Assembly: GCA_048939465.1 (NCBI GenBank)
Contig: JBHLPL010000007.1
Coordinates: 897-32,896 of the forward strand
Direction: 5' to 3'
DNA: 32,000 bases
DNA from: Promethearchaeota archaeon
GTDB taxonomy: Archaea; Asgardarchaeota; Odinarchaeia; Odinarchaeales; JBHLKK01
Shown here: positions 8,698-15,323 of the stretch, in pieces
How positions within the stretch are numbered: the stretch's first letter is position 1
How the letters are laid out: every line of letters starts with the position of its first letter
Translations under genes and position numbers: made by a program
Notes under the pieces: model-generated
Seen by the model: the letters and a program-made list of their open reading frames with translations, nothing else
Told to the model about the DNA's origin: nothing
The model's database searches: none

Positions 8698-9138
8698 ATG
8701 AAGAAGTACAATTTCACCTTTGAAGAAGCAATTATCGTGATCACTGACGAAAACAACTGCAGGATAGGCGAGTTCATTCCGGAGATCGATTGGGAAAGCA
8801 TCCCTAGGGATTCGTTAGAACTAGGAGAAGCTCCAGTCTTTCAATTTGGGATACTAACTGTTACTGCGATCGCATTTCCTCGTCATTTTGTGGAGGAGTT
8901 ATTCGGTGAAGGTGAAAGCATCTTGAAGCTTAAGAAAACCCTGAAGCACTATCTTAAAGAAGCTGACTTCTGGATCCGGATTCTGAAAGAACACCCAGAG
9001 ATGAGAGTTGTTAGTGACGGATATGCTGATTTTAAGTGCGAAGTCTTTGTAAGCTTCGATGCTCCGACAAACGACATAAGAAAGGTAGGAAAGAGACTGA
9101 CCCAAATTCTAGATGTTCTCCCTAAATATGATAGATGA
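8698..9138 (+). CDS. Hypothetical protein, 146 aa
   Basis: Protein-like composition; fills the gap between the GNAT gene and the convergent gene; TATTTAAA upstream. No family recognised. Confidence 0.65.
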   Translation: MKKYNFTFEEAIIVITDENNCRIGEFIPEIDWESIPRDSLELGEAPVFQFGILTVTAIAFPRHFVEELFGEGESILKLKKTLKHYLKEADFWIRILKEHPEMRVVSDGYADFKCEVFVSFDAPTNDIRKVGKRLTQILDVLPKYDR

Positions 9139-9141
9139 ACT

Positions 9142-10074
9142 CTAAGGCTTAGGAATTGCCAAATCCCTTGGTCCCTTACCGGAGAGCTTGACTTCTGGAC
9201 AATTCTTCTCAACGATATCCCTTATTATTTCTGCATATTTCACCTTCTCTCGAGCCATAAAAGCAAGCCAATCTGGGCTAACCCAAGGTTTGTAAGAATT
9301 ACCCACTGTGGGGCCAGGTTCAATTTTGAAATATACGGGGGCACATGTCCTTGCAATTTCTGGAGTATCATAGAATCTGACAAACCCACCGAAGCTGTCG
9401 AATAGATAGACATGAACATCTATCGGCATGCTGACTGAAGCTCTGATGGCGGCAAGTTGAGGTAGTGACAAGTCTCCCAGTGGATTGAATGTTGATGCAC
9501 CAAGTATTTCAAGGACTTTTCCTCCTGCTGGGTTACCGTGACCTGCGAAAATAGAAACCTTCAGAACCACATCCTTTGGGATTTCCCCAATTTTCTTCAA
9601 TTCGTTCAAGACCCACAAGAGTCCTTCATCGATGACAAGAAAACCTCTAAATCCAAACTCGATTGTTCTTTTAATATCTGCAATCACCTGTGCCAGCTGC
9701 TCTGATCCCCGGAACCGCATCCCTGACAAGGCCCCCTCAGGAGTAACGATTTGTCTTCCGACATCCCACGGGGATCTCGGTCCGGGAGTGATAATTACCT
9801 CCATTTTGGCGTCCGCAGCCGTTTTTGCAAACGCTTGAAGTTCCTCATCTGAAAGAAGTGTCGAACCCATAACCGTTGAGATTAACCTGTGAACAGGAAC
9901 ATCTCGCTTCTCGGCTTCATCGATCAAGGCCTCCAAAGTTGAAGGTCGTTCAACACCACTAATCTCCATTCGGTAATGGCATCCGTCTGGAAAACGTTTT
10001 TCTGAGGACGGAAGATCGTACCTGTCTCTTCCTGGGATTCCAATCTTTTCCAGCGCTTTTCTAACATTCTCCAT
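9142..10074 (-). CDS. TIM-barrel protein of the uncharacterised family often auto-annotated as U32 family peptidase
   Basis: PGRDRYDLPSSEKRFPDG..YRMEISGVE, VIITPGPRSPWDVG, GFRGFLVIDEGLL and PIDVHV. ATG at 10074 follows a GGAGGGG RBS; the ORF-track start at 10161 is likely too long. Family assignment is from recall. Confidence 0.6.
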   Translation of the reverse strand: MENVRKALEKIGIPGRDRYDLPSSEKRFPDGCHYRMEISGVERPSTLEALIDEAEKRDVPVHRLISTVMGSTLLSDEELQAFAKTAADAKMEVIITPGPRSPWDVGRQIVTPEGALSGMRFRGSEQLAQVIADIKRTIEFGFRGFLVIDEGLLWVLNELKKIGEIPKDVVLKVSIFAGHGNPAGGKVLEILGASTFNPLGDLSLPQLAAIRASVSMPIDVHVYLFDSFGGFVRFYDTPEIARTCAPVYFKIEPGPTVGNSYKPWVSPDWLAFMAREKVKYAEIIRDIVEKNCPEVKLSGKGPRDLAIPKP

Positions 10075-10150
10075 TTGCAAGTTATCCCCTCCTACTAAGT
10101 GATAAGCATTATTAATTAGAATGAAGGTATTAATTCTTTTCTGAATTTGA

Positions 10151-10164
10151 TTCATGAACATGAA
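10151..10164. promoter_or_regulatory. Palindrome TTCATG-AA-CATGAA in the divergent promoter region; candidate operator
   Basis: Perfect 6-bp arms between the U32-like gene and the DapA-Fae operon. Confidence 0.35.
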
Positions 10165-10206
10165 GAACTACGCTTGGTGAGGTATGAAGCCCTGAGGGTG
10201 TAAACT

Positions 10207-11640
10207 ATGAAGGAATTCAGACTCAAAGGTATTATGCCGGCGCTTGTTACGCCATTCACCAGAACAGGTGAGGTTGATCCAGGAGCATTCAAAAGACTGA
10301 TTCGGTTTGTGATCGAAGAAGGAGTTACAGGTATCCTGGCTGGTGGTACGACAGGTGAGTTCATAAATCTCTCGTTAGAGGAAAGGAAGGCCACAATCAA
10401 TCTTGCTGTAGACGAATCGAATGGACGTGTTCCTGTCATCGCCGGAACAGGTCATAGTTCCACAAGACAAACAATTGAGCTAAGCAATTACGCCTACGAT
10501 GCTGGAGCTGATGCAGGATTGGTCGTAGCTCCCTACTATCTAGGAGCCGCAGATAAGAGCCTTTATGAGCATTTCTATCGAGTTGCTGAGGCCGTTGAAC
10601 TTCCTCTGATTCTTTATAACATCCCCCAGTGTGCCGGTAATTATATTCCGCGTGAGGTCGTCGAGGATCTGGCCGCCATAGACAACATAGTTGGAATGAA
10701 GGATAGTAGTGGCAACTTCCCCTACTTGATGAGCCTTCTTGAAAAAGTCGGGGACAAGATCAGTATAGTCGTTGGATATGATGAGATTGTTTTTCCTGCT
10801 TTGGTAGCTGGAGCACAAGGTGCCATCCTGGCCAGCGCCAATATTATTCCCGACATCTGGCTAAAGATATATGATGCCGTGCAAAGCAACCATCTAGCTG
10901 AAGCTCGAAAGCTTCAGATGGAGATTCAAAAACTAACCAGGATAATTACCCGTCATGGTGGGGCACTCCCCGTCAAATCTGCTTTAAAAATGATGAATCA
11001 CAAAGTGGGCAAAACCAGGATGCCTATTGTCAGCGGAGGTTCTCTAACCTGGGAAGTCAGAGAAGAAATGAGGTTGGAGCTTGAGAAACTAGGCAAGATT
11101 AGAGCTGCGATGAAAAGGATTGAAAAAGTGGCAGAGCCCGTTAAGGAGCGTTTTAGGGACCTCGGTATAACGGTCGGTGACATTTCATCGCAGAGTCTTA
11201 AGATAGGAGAGGGTTCGGCCGGTGATGGTGCCGAATTCGTTGAAGCAAGCATCGTTGCAGGATCATCTGAAGGAGTTGTTGGAGAAGGATATGCCACTGC
11301 GTTAACTTGCCCAAGACCCGGTTATGAAGCCTTGACTGTTATTCTGGAGCCAAACCTGATGGTGAGGCCTCCAACAATAATCGTTCCGGAAGTCGAGATT
11401 AAAGACATGAGACAGGCAAGTATGATCTATGGTCCCGTACAGGCTGCTGCCGGAATGGCGATACTGGAGAATCTTAGGAATAGGATAATCCCAGAAGATG
11501 CAATTAGCAAGAATGTAATGATCCTAAAGATTTTTGCTCATCCTAGGGCCATTGATCGTTATAGTCTTTACTGGAACTGCTACGAGGCGATAGGAAAAGC
11601 TGTCAAGAGTGCTTGGCAAGGAGGAGAAAAAAATGAGTAA
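10207..11640 (+). CDS. DapA/NAL-family class I aldolase fused to a C-terminal formaldehyde-activating enzyme (Fae)-like domain, copy A (Fae His lost)
   Basis: N-terminal: GTTGEF, PYY, LYNIP and GMKDSSG (Schiff-base Lys165). C-terminal from about residue 331: KIGEG..GDGAE, VILEPNL..RPPTIIVP, Q..MIYGPVQAA, FAHP and Y..CYEAIGKAV, which align by eye to Fae. Confidence 0.85.
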   Translation: MKEFRLKGIMPALVTPFTRTGEVDPGAFKRLIRFVIEEGVTGILAGGTTGEFINLSLEERKATINLAVDESNGRVPVIAGTGHSSTRQTIELSNYAYDAGADAGLVVAPYYLGAADKSLYEHFYRVAEAVELPLILYNIPQCAGNYIPREVVEDLAAIDNIVGMKDSSGNFPYLMSLLEKVGDKISIVVGYDEIVFPALVAGAQGAILASANIIPDIWLKIYDAVQSNHLAEARKLQMEIQKLTRIITRHGGALPVKSALKMMNHKVGKTRMPIVSGGSLTWEVREEMRLELEKLGKIRAAMKRIEKVAEPVKERFRDLGITVGDISSQSLKIGEGSAGDGAEFVEASIVAGSSEGVVGEGYATALTCPRPGYEALTVILEPNLMVRPPTIIVPEVEIKDMRQASMIYGPVQAAAGMAILENLRNRIIPEDAISKNVMILKIFAHPRAIDRYSLYWNCYEAIGKAVKSAWQGGEKNE

Positions 11641-13111
11641 GAGAAAAGGCGGCTGGCTAAAGGGAGTCATGCCCGCTCTCATAACCCCGTTTGATAAGAA
11701 AGGAGAAATCAAGGAGGATTCGTTAAGAACTCTTGTGAACTACACTCTTGAATGTGGGGTTACCGGCGTTGTTCCGGTAGGTACCACGGGAGAATTCGTC
11801 AACCTATCAATCGAAGAACGAGAAAGGGTCTACGATATCGTTATTGATCAAGTGAATGGCAAAGTTCCTGTGATAATTGGTTCGGGTGATAGCGGTACCA
11901 GAGAGGTAATTCAGCTAACAAGGTACGGAAAGGATGCTGGGGCTGACGCAGCGCTTGTTGTCACTCCATACTTTTTGAAGCCAACCTACAAGGAGATTTT
12001 TGAGCATTTCAAGAAAGTCTCTGAAGAAGTAGACTTCCCGATAGTACTGTATAATATTCCTGCCTGTACTGATGTTCATATCGGTTGGTGGACGGTCGAG
12101 GGACTCGCTGATCTTGAGAACATAATTGGTATCAAGGATAGTAGCGGAAACATGTCTTTCATCATGACTCTGATGGAGAAGGTAAAGAAGAAGATTGCTG
12201 TAATGTGCGGCTGGGATGAGATCGGCTTTCCTGCTTTGGCTGCCGGAGCAGATGGTCTAATTTTGGCAAGCGCGAATCTGATTCCGGACATCTGGATCGA
12301 TCTCTATAACGCAGTTAAGGGCGAGGATTATGAGAAGGCCCGAAATCTACAGCTGAAAATACAGAAACTTGTAAGAATAGTCTGTAGACAAGGAGCAACT
12401 GAAGCTGTTAAGACAGGTCTGCAAATGATGGGTTTCGACGTAGGTTTTTCGCGTAAGCCAGTCGTAACGGGAGATATATTCCGCTATGAAGACCGCGAGG
12501 AATTGCGTCTGCAATTGGAAACCTTAAACAAAATAAGATCCAAGAGAATATCAATCTGTATTGACTCAAAAATTACTGAGAGTATGGTTGCTGCTATTCC
12601 TGAAACACCTGATACAATTCAAGATTTCGCTTTGAAAGTCGGTGAAGCTTTGGCAGGCCCCCCTTCGTTTGAAGTTGCCCATATTGACCTTCTTATCGGG
12701 AAAAAAGATGGACCCTTAAAAAAGGCTTGCGATAAGGCATTGTCCAATAAAATAATGGGACATGAACCGAAAGTTGTGCTTCAAAGACCGCTTACTCTTC
12801 TGATACCGACCGTCTCGGTCAGAACAGAGAAGCAGGCAGCACACGTTTATGAGTTTGCCTCAAAAGGAGTAGCAAGAGCTGTAGAAGCAAGCGTGAAGGA
12901 TGGTATAGTTCCTGAAGAAATCTTGGATGAAATACTTCTAATTGCAAATGCTTTCGTGCATCCAACAGCTGTCAATGAGAAGAGGATATATTTTAACAAT
13001 TACAAAGCAATGAGACATGCGATAAGGAAGGCCCTTGAAGAACGGCCGACAATTGATGAGCTTCTCCGCCTAGGTGAAACTGCCCGACACCCCTTCAGAT
13101 ACACTCCCTAG
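11633..13111 (+). CDS. DapA/NAL-family class I aldolase fused to a C-terminal Fae domain, copy B (Fae His retained)
   Basis: ATG at 11633 (GGAGGAG RBS) overlaps the stop of copy A. Motifs GTTGEF, PYF, LYNIP and GIKDSSG (Lys168). C-terminal KVGEAL..EVAHIDLLIGKKDGP, FVHP, NNYKAMRHAIRKAL and ARHPF match Fae. Confidence 0.88.
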   Translation: MSKRKGGWLKGVMPALITPFDKKGEIKEDSLRTLVNYTLECGVTGVVPVGTTGEFVNLSIEERERVYDIVIDQVNGKVPVIIGSGDSGTREVIQLTRYGKDAGADAALVVTPYFLKPTYKEIFEHFKKVSEEVDFPIVLYNIPACTDVHIGWWTVEGLADLENIIGIKDSSGNMSFIMTLMEKVKKKIAVMCGWDEIGFPALAAGADGLILASANLIPDIWIDLYNAVKGEDYEKARNLQLKIQKLVRIVCRQGATEAVKTGLQMMGFDVGFSRKPVVTGDIFRYEDREELRLQLETLNKIRSKRISICIDSKITESMVAAIPETPDTIQDFALKVGEALAGPPSFEVAHIDLLIGKKDGPLKKACDKALSNKIMGHEPKVVLQRPLTLLIPTVSVRTEKQAAHVYEFASKGVARAVEASVKDGIVPEEILDEILLIANAFVHPTAVNEKRIYFNNYKAMRHAIRKALEERPTIDELLRLGETARHPFRYTP

Positions 13112-13192
13112 AATCGTATTCTGATACAAGGTATTTATACGCTGGCAGACATAATGTCTCCAAAGAGTGAATTCTGGGGAGAGTAGCTCATT

Positions 13193-14533
13193 TTGGATAA
13201 GAAAATAGTTGGCATTGCAGTCGCTGCAGTCATAGTGATAGGTGTCGGAGTTTCTGTCTGGTATTTCGTCCTGTTGCCCATGAATCCTCCGGAGAAGTGG
13301 GGTCTTGTTCTTGCCGCATCAAATGACTTCCATGGTGACAAAGATATGAGCATCCCGAATTCAGGTTTTGAGTTAGATCCATATGATCCATCTCCTTGGG
13401 AACCCAATGTATCGAGCGGTACATCTTGGAATATAGATACCACTGAAAGCCATAGTGGTCAGAATTCGTTGAAAATTAACTCATCTAATCCTGCTGGTGA
13501 TTCTGAGGTTTACCTACAGGCTCCTATAATGATAACACCGGGTCTTGAGTATATTCTCCGTGGCTGGATAAAAACTAGCAACGTTATCGGCTTCGCTACT
13601 ATAGGACTATGGTGGCTAAACAGCGGAGCCCCTCCATCACCAGTCAACATTGTTTCCAAGGTTTATTCAACACCTGGACTGAACGGAACAAACGACTGGA
13701 CACTGCTTACACTCTCTGCAGTCGCACCACCTACTGCTACCTTTGTCACTCCTATTCTGAGACTGAAAGGCACCGGAGTTGCTTGGTTTGATGACATTTC
13801 ATTCTTTGGGGTGTTTCAAACTCTTGTAACCGATTCAGATGCTTATCCTTCTCAAGCTCTTCAGGCTTACTATATACTCAAAGGCAATGGCTATGACGAT
13901 AATCACATAATTCTAATGCTCTACCACACAAACGATAGTGTCATAGACATATATGGCACCGGAGCAAACGATCTTACGAATGCTACAGTCGATGTGGAAA
14001 ATGATAATGTGAATAAAAGCAGATTCTCTTCCGAAGTCTTGAGTTTGGCATCCTTGGCTGATATCAACGATGATGTATTGATATATGTTGTGGCACATGG
14101 CTCTCGCACTGGAGACATAGCATCGATTCATTTCGAGTCAGATGGCAGTTCTATGAACGAGACGGAGTTCTCAACTCTTATAAACCAATTTAATTGCAGC
14201 AGGATGACCATTCTGGTTGATGGTTGCTACACTGGCAACTTCATAAGTTCTCTGAACGCTCCAGGTGAAAGTAGGATATCAATTTCAGCTGCAAGTAATA
14301 TCACGGCATGGTACTGGACTTCTTCAAATGCTAGCCACTATGCTGGCTCGTGGTTCTTCCATCCATTCTGGGAGAGACTCAAAACTGGAGTTAGCATAGG
14401 CTCTGCGCATCAATATGCGATTGGAACTATTCCGACGACAGTTGGACCATTTGCAAACACCACTGTGGATGATATTCAAAGCCCGATTCTGCAGGACAAC
14501 GCACTTGATGCGAACACCTACACATTCCTCTGA
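13193..14533 (+). CDS. N-terminally membrane-anchored clan CD cysteine peptidase (caspase/legumain C13-like) with an inserted CBM4/9-like beta-sandwich
   Basis: TM anchor at residues ~5-27; KWGLVLAAS strand; CBM-like segment (NSGFE...W...DTTESHSGQNSLKI...PGLEYILRGWIKT...WFDDISF); catalytic dyad VVAHG (His302) and LVDGCYTG (Cys345). Confidence 0.75.
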   Translation: MDKKIVGIAVAAVIVIGVGVSVWYFVLLPMNPPEKWGLVLAASNDFHGDKDMSIPNSGFELDPYDPSPWEPNVSSGTSWNIDTTESHSGQNSLKINSSNPAGDSEVYLQAPIMITPGLEYILRGWIKTSNVIGFATIGLWWLNSGAPPSPVNIVSKVYSTPGLNGTNDWTLLTLSAVAPPTATFVTPILRLKGTGVAWFDDISFFGVFQTLVTDSDAYPSQALQAYYILKGNGYDDNHIILMLYHTNDSVIDIYGTGANDLTNATVDVENDNVNKSRFSSEVLSLASLADINDDVLIYVVAHGSRTGDIASIHFESDGSSMNETEFSTLINQFNCSRMTILVDGCYTGNFISSLNAPGESRISISAASNITAWYWTSSNASHYAGSWFFHPFWERLKTGVSIGSAHQYAIGTIPTTVGPFANTTVDDIQSPILQDNALDANTYTFL

Positions 14534-14535
14534 CA

Positions 14536-14550
14536 CTTCCCCTTTTTTCT
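14536..14550 (+). terminator. Oligo-T/pyrimidine tract, candidate archaeal terminator
   Basis: CTTCCCCTTTTTTCT directly after the stop at 14533. Confidence 0.4.
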
Positions 14551-14650
14551 ATTCTGCCGGTCTCAACTTTTCAAAAGTAAGTTCTAGCAAAAGAAGGATT
14601 CTGGCAGAAGACAAAACTTAAGAACGGGAAAGACTCTAGTCATCAATTGT

Positions 14651-15142
14651 ATGGAGAACTCAATAGAGGGGAAGAGTCAGTTTTCGAATCCGCTGTTTGT
14701 GAGGGCTCTAGTCTTCAGTCTTGCTTTGGGATTTATTCGTGGTATTCAAGGAGTACTCATTTACCTGTTTATGTTCGGTGGGCTTGATTTCGCTTCATAT
14801 TCTGTACTCGTTCAGGTTCCAGGGATTATTGCATTTCCCATAATCAACCCTATTCTGATCATGCTAGGGTTCTATAAATTAGGAGGAAATGTCTATCCGA
14901 AGATATCTCTTGCCTTAGTGGCCCGCTTGACAATTGCTGGCAACTTCGTTGGCTATTTCTCCGCCCGCTTGCTAACACAGCTAATCATTCCAGAATCGCT
15001 TATTCTTTACTTCTCAAATTTCCAATCTGATTTGTATACCCCATTCAGCCTGTTCTTCATAGAGTTTACAGCCTTTGCAATAGCATGGATAAAGCTTTTG
15101 AAGAGAAGCACTCCTCAGGAACCTGGATCTATGCCTGCATAA
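14651..15142 (+). CDS. Integral membrane protein, about 4 TM helices, unknown function
   Basis: Four hydrophobic segments; no competing ORF in the gap. Confidence 0.65.
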   Translation: MENSIEGKSQFSNPLFVRALVFSLALGFIRGIQGVLIYLFMFGGLDFASYSVLVQVPGIIAFPIINPILIMLGFYKLGGNVYPKISLALVARLTIAGNFVGYFSARLLTQLIIPESLILYFSNFQSDLYTPFSLFFIEFTAFAIAWIKLLKRSTPQEPGSMPA

Positions 15143-15280
15143 AACTACTGGCTATTGCTGTTTCCTGTGGGGACTGTTCAATTCCCCGTATGGAATTCGA
15201 CATTATTTGATGCTTTATGTTGACGCTACCATCAAGGGCTTTGCACTTCCATCTTTAGTTTCGGTAAAGTCCTAGAACGA

Positions 15281-15288
15281 TTTATAAG
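15281..15288 (+). promoter_or_regulatory. TATA box of uvrA
   Basis: TTTATAAG about 35 nt upstream of the start codon. Confidence 0.5.
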
Positions 15289-15323
15289 CTCAAACATAGT
15301 TCACCTTTTATTAGGCGACGGTG

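Noticed and set aside
10207-13111. Annotation as ordinary dapA (lysine biosynthesis) or as fae-hps
   Set aside because: The DHDPS Arg is replaced by Cys, no dap/lys genes are nearby, and the partner domain is a DapA-type barrel, not Hps.
14550-14612. Possible stem-loop (TTCTGCC…GGCAGAA with internal ACTTTT-C-AAAAGT)
   Set aside because: Short arms and a long loop; no recognisable RNA family.
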